Assembly: GCA_965113315.1 (NCBI GenBank)
Contig: OZ220367.1
Length of the DNA: 64,000 nucleotides
Direction: 5' to 3' (one strand)
Origin: Podarcis vaucheri
Taxonomy: Eukaryota
Under the pieces are notes generated by a model. It did no database searches. It was given only the letters and a program-made list of their open reading frames with translations, and had not been told where the DNA came from. Below are positions 24,921 to 33,400 of the stretch, piece by piece. Position 1 is the first letter of the stretch, and each line of letters starts with the position of its first letter. The position numbers and the translations under genes are program-made.

Positions 24921-27699
24921 TTGTGGTGATAAATAGGCAAAATATTTTAAGAAACGAGTTTTGCCCTCCTTCTGCTTCTCTTCTTGGTGGTTCCTTACTG
25001 CAGCCACCAAGACATTGGCAGCATTTGAATTATCTTTCCTGGCTTCATAAACCATATCTTAAGAAGTCAGGAATTACAGTGGTACCTCGGGTTAAGAACT
25101 TAATTCGTTCTGGAGGTCCGTTCTTAACCTGAAAATGTTCTTAACCTGAGGTATCACTTTAGCTAATGGGGCCTCCCGCTGCTGCTGCACCGCTGCCACA
25201 CAATTTCTGTTCTCATCCTGAAGCAAAGTTCTTAACCTGAGGTACTATTTCTAGGTTAGCGCAGTCTGTAACCTGAAGCGTCTGTAACTCGAAGCGTCTG
25301 TAACCCGAGGTATCACTGTAGTGTCAAACTTGCCTGTTCCTTTCTCATGCCTCCCCTCTTTGCTTTGTGTGCTGGATTCAGTGTGACATTCATGTTATAG
25401 TTCTTAACTAGGAGCTATCTGAAGATAATTGTTGGCAGTGCTAAATGGTTGCTGTTCATTGCTAGTGGAGTTGTGGTTGAACATTCTCATCTTCTGAAAA
25501 CATGGTGCCTTTTCTTCTCATTTGATCTTTAGGCAAGAGTTTGTGAATGCCTACGTGGACTACATCTTCAATAAATCTGTGGCTCCTCTCTATGACGCAT
25601 TCCATGCAGGCTTTCACAAGGTGTGTGGAGGTAAAGTTCTGCAGCTCTTCCAGCCCAATGAACTGCAAGCAATGGTGATTGGGAATACAAACTATGATTG
25701 GAAAGAACTAGAGAAGGTATGTTACTAGTCTAGACATTAGCAGCTACTGAACACTAAAGAGCCCTGTATAATTAAGCGATTGCCCAAAATAGAGCTTTTC
25801 TGTATTGTGTAGAAAAACACTACATAAAATTCTATAAATACGTTTACACATAGGTATTTTTGTTTGTTCAATATACAACATTTTATTTGTAAATTTGAGG
25901 CAGATATATTGTGATTTTGATTTGTTGTTCTTAGAATACTCAATACAAAGGAGAATATTGGGCAGAGAATCCAACAATTAAAATGTTCTGGGAAGTTTTT
26001 CATGAGTTACCACTGGAGAAGAAGAAACAGTTTTTATGTAAGTATACAAAACTGTGTAAGAAAATAAGAAATCTAAATAGAAACTCTAGAGCAATTGTTA
26101 CCATTGGCTTATTTTTCATGTAACACTAGGTCATAATTTAGCACTATATGCTAAGCAGCAGTGAGCCTCGGGCCTGTGGAGCTTCCTTCAGCATAGCCGG
26201 CTATCGGAATTATCTACCTATGGTTTTAAACAACCTACATCCAAACTTGGAACTGTGGTTTGTTTAGCTGTGGTGTGTTCAGACAAGCCAGGATCAATAT
26301 GTAGTTTATGATCCTGTCTTGTTATCAAGTTATAGTGTAATCTGTCCCCAAATTTGGAAGTAAGAACTCCAGTTTAAGAGCAGCAACAGCAGTTTCTTCT
26401 AATCACTTCAGGGCTGGAGGTTAGGGGAAAATGCAGGCAGCCCCCTTCATGGGAATTTTGTGGGTTGTCAACCACCCAGGGCCCCAGGGAGTTGGCACCT
26501 ATGAATGTGAGTGTAAGGCTCAGTGCTGTTCATGGTTTACATGTCATGCTAAGCCTAAGTGTTAGTGTTGGGTTTGGTTTTTTTGAATGGTTAAAATGCT
26601 AAGTTGACTTTGGATTCTGTCCAAGGGAGAATTTGCATTTTCACTTTTTTAAAAAATGAATATTTTAAACAGAAATAAACAACAACTACTAGGATCAGGT
26701 CTGCAAGTTGCTTATTCACTTATGTTTCAAATACTATCTGTTGGATCCAGACGTTTTTTCGGCTGGTTTCAATGGGAATGAAGCACAACATGCATCATGA
26801 TTTGGCTCACTTGATTGATTTCAGTAATAATAATAATAATAATAATTTTTTATTTATACCCCGCCCTCCCCAGCCAAGGCCGGGCTCAGAGTAGGACCTA
26901 AGTTAACTTAAGTCTGGATTCTGCCCTGAGTTTTGAATGTGTGAGCACCCTAACATGCATACAGGCACATATATGAATAGATTAACTGCAGCTGTTTCTG
27001 GTGAAACACATCATACCAGTTGAAAGCACCCATGCAGCTATTCTGCTTGATTTGATGATTCATTAAAGGTTGAAAACCTTACTTTAGGTGCAAGCACACC
27101 TGTTTCCAAGCAAATAATTATTTATTTAGCCAAGAGAAACTGTTAACTTAATTAAATCACTTCACACCACACTTGTTTTTTAGGGTTGGACTCAGGAGTG
27201 TTATATGGATTTTCTGTTTTTAGTTATATTCCCCCCCCCCCCAAAGAACCTCTGGGTGAAGCAATGAACAAATATAATAAATAAGTTCTCTAAACTATAA
27301 AATTTGTTTAGAATAACTTTAAGCAAAAACAGTGAACTATAAACAATTTCATATGGCTATAACTGCCTTACATTTTCAGAATTTTAGATTTGGGTTATAT
27401 CAGTCTAAAAAGTAAAATGAAAATTATAGCACAGCACTAAATTTTTGGCTTTTGTACCCAGCTTCTTACTTATTTATATTTTCTTGGTAGTATTTTTGAC
27501 AGGCAGTGATCGTATTCCTATTCTTGGGATGAAGAGCCTTAGTCTTGTCATTCAGCCGACTGGAGGTGGTGATGAGTATCTCCCCGTGTCTCATACATGT
27601 TTTAATCTTCTTGATCTTCCAAAATATACAGATAAAGAAATACTCAGATCTAAGCTGATCCAGGCTATTGATCACAATGAAGGTTTCAATTTAGTATAA
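2129..27699 (+). CDS. HERC4: HERC4 E3 ubiquitin ligase (RCC1-like domain + HECT), whole coding span, 24 coding exons, 1060 aa
   Basis: Starts [16 protein letters not shown], ends ...[17 protein letters not shown]...[13 protein letters not shown]. All exons bounded by AG/GT, phases close, total 3183 nt. Catalytic HECT Cys in SHTCFN. Promoter and first non-coding exon(s) not identified in the window. Confidence 0.97.
3414..3573 (+). CDS. HERC4: HERC4 coding exon 2
   Basis: [21 protein letters not shown]...TRVPR, AG/GT. Confidence 0.95.
4061..4137 (+). CDS. HERC4: HERC4 coding exon 3
   Basis: [29 protein letters not shown]. Confidence 0.95.
4629..4850 (+). CDS. HERC4: HERC4 coding exon 4
   Basis: [17 protein letters not shown]...GLNDEN, AG/GT. 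Confidence 0.95.
5346..5437 (+). CDS. HERC4: HERC4 coding exon 5
   Basis: [35 protein letters not shown]. Confidence 0.95.
6767..6897 (+). CDS. HERC4: HERC4 coding exon 6
   Basis: [18 protein letters not shown]...TQIACGR, AG/GT. Confidence 0.95.
7036..7395 (+). mobile_element. Sauria SINE, full length, young
   Basis: GGTGGCGCTGTGGGTTAA A-box, GTTCGAATCC B-box, (ACCTTT)n tail, 15-bp TSD ttataaagataagac at 7021-7035 and 7396-7410, CpGs intact. Confidence 0.92.
7683..7843 (+). CDS. HERC4: HERC4 coding exon 7
   Basis: [25 protein letters not shown]..., AG/GT. Confidence 0.95.
8878..8954 (+). CDS. HERC4: HERC4 coding exon 8
   Basis: [30 protein letters not shown]. Confidence 0.93.
9652..9787. 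mobile_element. Decayed hAT-type MITE
   Basis: ggatgggaa ... aactcccatcatccctgaccattggc ... ttccccatccctg; related to 21519 and 63904 copies. Confidence 0.6.
10260..10393 (+). CDS. HERC4: HERC4 coding exon 9
   Basis: [23 protein letters not shown]...PAEIAN, AG/GT. Confidence 0.9.
10741..11357. mobile_element. Non-autonomous Tc1/mariner-pogo-type MITE (family A) with internal hairpin repeats
   Basis: TA|CAGTGGTGCCTGGCAAGACGAA ... TTCGTCTTGCGAGGCACCACTG|TA. Confidence 0.88.
11700..12680 (-). mobile_element. Degenerate non-LTR retrotransposon ORF2 3' fragment (RTE-X-like)
   Basis: ORF 11831-12367 has [11 protein letters not shown]...[12 protein letters not shown]...[10 protein letters not shown], a decayed C-terminal CCHC-type LINE motif; boundaries approximate. 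Confidence 0.55.
12791..12850 (+). CDS. HERC4: HERC4 coding exon 10
   Basis: [24 protein letters not shown]. Confidence 0.94.
12997..13108 (+). CDS. HERC4: HERC4 coding exon 11
   Basis: [41 protein letters not shown]. Confidence 0.94.
14583..14772 (+). CDS. HERC4: HERC4 coding exon 12
   Basis: [24 protein letters not shown]...APLKVL, AG/GT. Confidence 0.95.
15197..15436. mobile_element. TA-TSD MITE family C
   Basis: TA|CAGTGGTACCTCTAGTTG ... CAACACGAGGTATGATTG|TA. Confidence 0.8.
15881..16053 (+). CDS. HERC4: HERC4 coding exon 13
   Basis: [20 protein letters not shown]...LEILHR, AG/GT. Confidence 0.95.
17217..17336 (+). CDS. HERC4: HERC4 coding exon 14
   Basis: [18 protein letters not shown]...QQQAYGM, AG/GT. 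Confidence 0.95.
19240..19491 (-). mobile_element. Sauria SINE with internal deletion
   Basis: AAAGGTAAAGGG tail end, 5' end acagcgccacccgcgtccc, 15-bp TSD tgtacataggacata (19225-19239, 19492-19506); B-box region missing. Confidence 0.88.
19964..19987 (+). CDS. HERC4: HERC4 24-nt micro-exon (probably alternatively spliced)
   Basis: ctcttttggtag|GATATCAGCCATGGATTAAATGAG|gtaaga = DISHGLNE, phase 0/0. Confidence 0.85.
20266..20364 (+). CDS. HERC4: HERC4 coding exon 16
   Basis: [37 protein letters not shown]. Confidence 0.95.
20634..20801 (+). CDS. HERC4: HERC4 coding exon 17
   Basis: [11 protein letters not shown]...DYKKPLK, AG/GT. Confidence 0.95.
21412..21707 (+). mobile_element. tRNA-Ile-headed SINE with CR1-type (ATTCTATG)n tail, interrupted by a MITE
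   Basis: TAGCTCAGTTGGTCAGAG...TGCTGATAACGCCAAGGTCGCAGGT head; ggtcccttccaactctacaattctatgattctatga tail. Confidence 0.8.
21519..21654. mobile_element. hAT-type MITE nested in the SINE
   Basis: TIR cagcatttcccaaccttgggcctccagctgttt / aaacagctggaggcccaaggttgggaaacactg; perfect 8-bp TSD ttctagat. Confidence 0.9.
21767..21910 (+). CDS. HERC4: HERC4 coding exon 18
   Basis: [19 protein letters not shown]...IWFSDK (HECT N-lobe), AG/GT. Confidence 0.95.
23411..23577 (+). CDS. HERC4: HERC4 coding exon 19
   Basis: [21 protein letters not shown]...[12 protein letters not shown]. Confidence 0.95.
23667..24085. mobile_element. MITE family A with internal 24-bp tandem repeat
   Basis: TA|CAGTGGTGCCCCGCAGGACGAA ... 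GAGGCACCACTG|TA; repeats of ccgctaagccgcttaacagctgat. Confidence 0.88.
24349..24415 (+). CDS. HERC4: HERC4 coding exon 20
   Basis: [26 protein letters not shown]. Confidence 0.95.
24598..24680 (+). CDS. HERC4: HERC4 coding exon 21
   Basis: [32 protein letters not shown]. Confidence 0.95.
24865..24917. repeat. (TTTC)n microsatellite
   Basis: About 13 tandem units read directly. Confidence 0.95.
25077..25318. mobile_element. TA-TSD MITE family B
   Basis: TA|CAGTGGTACCTCGGGTTA ... TAACCCGAGGTATCACTG|TA. Confidence 0.88.
25533..25716 (+). CDS. HERC4: HERC4 coding exon 22
   Basis: [16 protein letters not shown]...[12 protein letters not shown]. Confidence 0.95.
25935..26037 (+). CDS. HERC4: HERC4 coding exon 23
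   Basis: [38 protein letters not shown]. Confidence 0.95.
26825..26845. repeat. (TAA)n microsatellite next to a retroelement tail fragment
   Basis: taataataataataataataa followed by tttatttataccccgccctccc. Confidence 0.8.
27491..27699 (+). CDS. HERC4: HERC4 last coding exon
   Basis: [15 protein letters not shown]...[13 protein letters not shown]...EGFNLV-TAA. Confidence 0.96.
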
Positions 27700-27873
27700 C
27701 TTGCAGAAGCTAAGAACACAGCAATTCTTTAACGTGGGAAGATTGAACTAATTTTGCATCTATCTTGCAGTGTCACATAAGGTGAAAAGCCTGGCAGCGG
27801 AGCTATTATAAGAAATGCTTGTAAACATGTTCAGTGATCGGATCCTCTAATGGCAGCCAAAAATCCTTACACT

Positions 27874-28807
27874 AATAAACTGTCTTGATATGAATGCTGG
27901 AGCCACATTTTGCCATCTTAATAAAAATTCAACTTTGGAATAAAAGCAATGGTTTCACTAACTAAATTTTAGTACTTCACATATTGCAAAATGACTTGCT
28001 GTGTGTGTGAAAGGTGTGCTTACTCCCCCCCCCCCCCAATCACTGCAACAGTCACATTAGGTTTTTCTTTTTGTAAATATATTTTTTTTGTAATAAAATA
28101 CCTGTGCTCCAATAGCAGTAGAGTATCTATTGCTTGTAACTGAATTGGGGCTTATTTTATAAAAAGAGACACACACCCAAAAGGCGTTAACATTTGAGCT
28201 GATAAATTAAGAGATATGCATCTCTTGTCTTTTTGTAAAAATCTAATGAGGAGCCATAAATTTTATGTCAACCCTTTCATACCGGAACAAATATGGCTCC
28301 AGTTAACATAAAAAAAAGAGATCAAGACAATGTGAAAGATAATTTGTCTGATAATCTCATGGCAGCATGAAGCAACTATCAGTTGTTAAAATTATGAATG
28401 GAACCCATTATTTAATCTTGGAATTCAATCCTTGGCAACTGTTGGTAATTAGAATAATCAAGGAATGCCTGGCTTCAGCTCCACTTTTTGCCTTTTACCT
28501 TCAGTAGAGCTGAGAATTTTATCCTTTTGTTCCCATTCACAAATGTTGAAAGAGCAGTTTTGCAGTTCTGGTTCAGTTTACACTTTTTCAGATAATTGTT
28601 AAATGCTCTCTTTTTAAAAGACTTTTTGGATTTCAGTAAGACATCTCTTGATGATATTGAATTAAACATGAGGATTGAGGGGGTGGGGGCTAGCTTAAGT
28701 TCCTGAATGTTTACATGTTAATGGATAGTATGTGACTTTCAGCTGTGAAATATTTATTTTTTTTTAGATTTATAAACTGCAGTGAAACAATTCAAGCATC
28801 AAATAAA
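27874..28807 (+). terminator. HERC4 candidate poly(A) signals
   Basis: Several AATAAA hexamers downstream of the stop (about 27874, 27920, 27939, 28092, 28802); which is used cannot be told from sequence. Confidence 0.5.
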
Positions 28808-29193
28808 AAAATTCTTGAATGAATTATGTACAAGTGTGCATGTAGGTGTTTCATTCTTTCAACAAATTTGATTCTGTGCAGGAGTTAGCATAGCAGTGTG
28901 TCACTTAGCACGCATCTCTGTGATAATTATTTTGAGGTTCATATGAGGTTCAGCCTTAACTCCCAGTTCTGGCTGGACTGCGTCTGCATAATTGACAAGA
29001 CCCATGTAGGCTCTGTAGTCTGCATGACTGAAGTCCATCTGGCAATGTCACATAAGAGTGAAGCAGGGATACTGTCAATGCAATACTGTCAATTTATATT
29101 GATACACTGAAATGACAGGACATGGTTTAGCAAAGGATCAGATACACATGGACCATGCTTATGCATATGTTCAGTACTTTGTATGTTATAATA

Positions 29194-29549
29194 CAGGGGT
29201 TGGCAACGTGTGGCCCATGGGCCGGATGCAGATCATGAAGACCATTTGACTGGTCCCCGAGCCACCCGCTCAGCGAGTCCCCTGCGCGCTGTGCAGGGAG
29301 TGTCCGAGCATCGCTGGAAATCACGTCTGCACACATGCAGATACTGGAAATCACTTCTGCACATGCCCAGACGCTGAAAATCACTTCTGCGCAGGTACGA
29401 TTTTTGGCGTCTGGGCATGCGCAGAAGTGATTTCTGGTGCCACGGACACGCGCAGATGTGATTTCCAGCATTGCACTGTGCCGGTCTGGCCCACGGCAAT
29501 TTCTACAGGAGTGATCCGGCCCGTGGCCGGTAAGCCTTGCCAACCCCTG
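29194..29549. mobile_element. hAT-type MITE
   Basis: TIR CAGGGGTTGGCAA / TTGCCAACCCCTG; TSD ttataata / ttataatg (7 of 8); internal direct and inverted gaaatcacttctgcgcatg repeats. Confidence 0.87.
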
Positions 29550-29916
29550 TTATAATGGAAGTGGGGAAAGCAGTAACCCAAGTTACTCGTTACAATGAAT
29601 GGGTTCTTCCTTGCATATACCTTGTTAAGTAAGCTGTCTTTCCTTCCTACTAAGTTCCCAACATATAACTACTTCCCTTGCAGATGTTTGTTCCATAACC
29701 ATGTGTTACATTGTAATAATGCTCAGCCTAGACATCTGTTACTTTGACCAAGCGTGCCATGTGAAGCTAGGTTCTTCTACCATTCTGTTGGTTGCAGTTT
29801 GGATCATCTCCATTTTTGTAGTTCACAAATAACTTGTTGAAGTAGTTCCTGTGAAAATGATGAGCTTTTTGAAGGAATATTTTGTGTGTCAGCAGGAGTT
29901 TTAAGAATGAAGGCAG

Positions 29917-29919
<3 letters not shown>

Positions 29920-29988
<69 letters not shown>
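29920..29988. repeat. (TG)n-GCGCGC-(AC)n palindromic microsatellite
   Basis: Read directly; perfect inverted repeat 29920-29983. Confidence 0.95.
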
Positions 29989-29992
<4 letters not shown>

Positions 29993-30316
29993 TTATTACA
30001 CTTGAGGTGGTAGGAGATTATGAGCAATGCGGGTGCATGCATTGCTATCAAGGTCCTAATTGTACCTCATCCACCAGCATATAGGCACTTGTATGTTTCC
30101 CCTAATGGGGTAAATAGCAGCTATAGGACGGTGGGAGTGATTTTAAAAATAGAAAAAACAGCACAGCTGCAGCCATAATCCAAACCAGACCTACTTTGGC
30201 TGCTTTGATCCCAAAAAAGGGATACTGTTCAGAGCTCTTGTATGGTATTTCTGTCTCAGCTTTTAGATGCAGGTGCAATAAAGTAACTAAGGTTGATGCA
30301 GCTAAAGGCAGGCAGA

Positions 30317-30322
30317 TTTATT
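30317..30322 (-). terminator. Poly(A) signal of COX5B-like gene
   Basis: tttatt on + = AATAAA on -, about 52 nt after the TGA. Confidence 0.75.
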
Positions 30323-30374
30323 TAAGTCTACAATGAAAGAAAGAAAGAAAAAAACCTTTTCTTGGTATCAGTTC

Positions 30375-30487
30375 TCAGTGGGGGAGTTCATAATGAGTTA
30401 GCTTGTAGTAAGACCCACACTGAGGGCAACGGTGGCTGTCTCCTTTGTGTACCCAGAACCAAATAATAGTGGAGTTATCTTCCTCAC
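30375..30487 (-). CDS. COX5B-like exon 4
   Basis: ttttttctttctttctgcag|(C)[39 protein letters not shown]. Confidence 0.95.
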
Positions 30488-33400
30488 CTGCAGAAAGAAA
30501 GAAAAAATTCCAGTATCTGTTAATTAAGAACCCACATTTTAGAAAGCTTGAAGGACTTTAGAGAAGGACCAGTTACATTTGACAACAGTTTTGGTTCCCT
30601 AGAATAGTGGAACAGCAGCCTTTGAAGCTGGTCTATTTTTGAAGTTGGTTATGGCATCTTTCCTACCAGATCAGTGGGAAGTAGTTTTGCATGTTGCTGC
30701 ATCTTTTGTGTAGTTATCATTGTAGGACATAACTACACGTGGACTCTGGGAAAGAGACTCCCAAATGCATGAATGTGGGGGAGAATTGGCAGGAAATGTT
30801 TAACTTGTCACCCTGCTGACTGTTAGTGTCAGACAAGAAAACAAGCCCAGAGAGTGAAAACAACCTGGGAAAGAGCCAATAGCTCCTTGGTGTTTCAAAG
30901 CAAGAATCATAGAAAATGCCATGTTTGTATCTTAATATAGTATGCATCTTCTACCAAAGACTCAGGCTGTGCATATTTTTCATGCCGCTTCATTTGTAGC
31001 AGGGTCAATAAGTATGCCTTTACAGTATTTTTAAAATTTCTTAAAGCACTCACACCCAACTCAGCGAGAAACCACTGTTAAAAATCAACACGATTACCAC
31101 AGAAATTTTGCTGTAGGTAATTTATAAGATATGGATGGAACACTTACACCCACTCTTACCCTCCTCAGCTCCCCTTGGGTTCAGTGGATTCTTCCCCTTG
31201 TGCATGCACACAGGCAGCCCAGGACAGGGAATGGGAAGTCTGAGCATGCTGCCTCTATAATTATCCCACTTTGAGTGCATGCATGCACTGAGGGATGTGT
31301 TGAAGGGGAAAGGATCTACTGTTTGAATCAAAAGACGATTGCTTCACCATGGTGGGACGGGATTGCACCTGAAATGTCTGGTGCTTAATAGGTTTTACAA
31401 GACTATGCAATATGAGAATCAGGAAGACAGTATGTACTGAAGTCAAATGAATTCTGATACCTACAGATACAACCCACTAGTCTCTTGTCCCCAATTGATG
31501 GAACAATATGAGGCTCTTCTCTGGTTCCTGGATATTTCTTGGGCTTCAAGACGTTGTATGGATCCTTTATAAAGAAAAAATGTGTTAGTTCCTTTACTGA
31601 ATGACCAAGGGTTGATTTTTAAAGAACTAGAATACAGTGGAAGAACAAAAAAGTTATAAATCTTGGGTGACTGAAGTAAGAGTTTAAGGCTGTATTCCAC
31701 TCCAACCTTGGTTCATCCGCATGAATTTCATTGCTTTTAAATTCAGCTTGATATGTAAATTAAGTGATGCTGAGAAAAATCTACAGGGCCCGTAAAGACT
31801 TGAGACCTCTAAGTCACAGTGCATGATGAGACCACAGCCAATGGCGTAGTCAACAAAAGCAATGGGAGATGTGTTGGGTTGGTGGTTAAATTTCTTTTTA
31901 AAATCTTCCACTGATAGTGATAGTTATTAGTCAAGAGTGTGAAACCAAACAAAATCATATTTCAGTGAAACTCTTCAATTGCTTTAAACTTACTTCCCCT
32001 CTCTTCAAGGCTTGCATACTTTTCAGTTCAAGCCCAGTAGCTTGCTCTTCATCTGTAGGGATACCTGAAAAGAACAATGGAAACCCCCAGATTTGATTGC
32101 CTATCTGACACTATGCACTGATATGCAAACTTAAACCCATTTAAATCAACTGTTAAGTGTAGGGTCAACTTGGGCTTAAGTACGCAAATCTCAGGCCTTC
32201 ATAGCAAATGCAGCTAGCTCTTTCTTTTGTAATTGCCATCTCTCTTTATGCACTGATTGAGATTCTCTCTATGTGTCTTTCTACATTCTGCTTTGTTGGC
32301 ATTGATGATAACAACTACAGTCATACCTCTTCTTGTGAATGCTTCATGTTGCATTTTTTCAGGTTAAGAACACAGCAAACCCAGAAGTTTCGCCACACAC
32401 GCAGATGCATTCTGCACAGTTCGCATATGCGCAGAAGCGCTGCTCTGGTTGCGGACTTTTCGGGGCGCGAATGGTACCCCGGAACGGATTGTGTCCACAA
32501 CCAGAGGTACCACTGTACCTTTGGGCAGAGGCATAACTAGGCCCCCTTGTGTCCTTAGCAAGGAGACACATCAGTCTGCTGCCTCCCCTGTCCCTTGCGC
32601 TTTTGGCAAGGAGCTGTATTGGGAGAGACCATGGACCAGAAACTCAAAACGGTTGCTTTTCATTGGCTTTTGCACTCAGCCAGTGACTTCCTCCACAGAC
32701 ATTGGGGTTGAGTCTGCTCTGCCCTGCCTCCCCACCATCTCCATTAGTCCATCTTCCTGACTTCTGCCTCTTTTCCTTCTGCCTCCATTCCACTCTTGCC
32801 CTCTCCCTGTGTTCTGTTCCTCTGAGTCCTGCTGGGTGCTCTACTCACACTTCTAATAGCGCTGCCAGCCACCTGGGGAGGGGGGCCCTCAGGGCTGCAG
32901 CAATCTGATTTCTCCATCCTGGCACCCAGAGGAGCCTGCATATCTCACCCAGCCATCCAGAGCAGTGGAGGAATGGCCTGAGGTGTACATGGATGATCAG
33001 GCTCCCAGCCACTCTGAGCCAACCTATCCAGTCACTAGGCATGCCTCCGCCTCTGGGTAACTAACAGGCCATGTGTGAGGGGATTCTATATGAGCAAAAT
33101 CCCTGCCATCAGTGCCTCTTCCTCTTAATAACTGCTGTAGGAAAAATTCTAGCACCAAACTGGAGTCTGCTGCTGTCATAGTTTCCAACTCTTCTTTTAC
33201 ACACCTATTTGCATGCTTAGATATATCTATCCTTAACTGCTGAGCAGGTACTATGCTTCCCAGGCCACTGGCTGAAAAAAAAGTCTTTAAAAACCCTGTA
33301 ACTCACACATTAAATCAAGGACAGCCAACTTGATGCCCTCCAGATACTTTGGACTATAATTCCCAACAGCCCCAGGCGGCATTGCCAATGATAAGGGATT

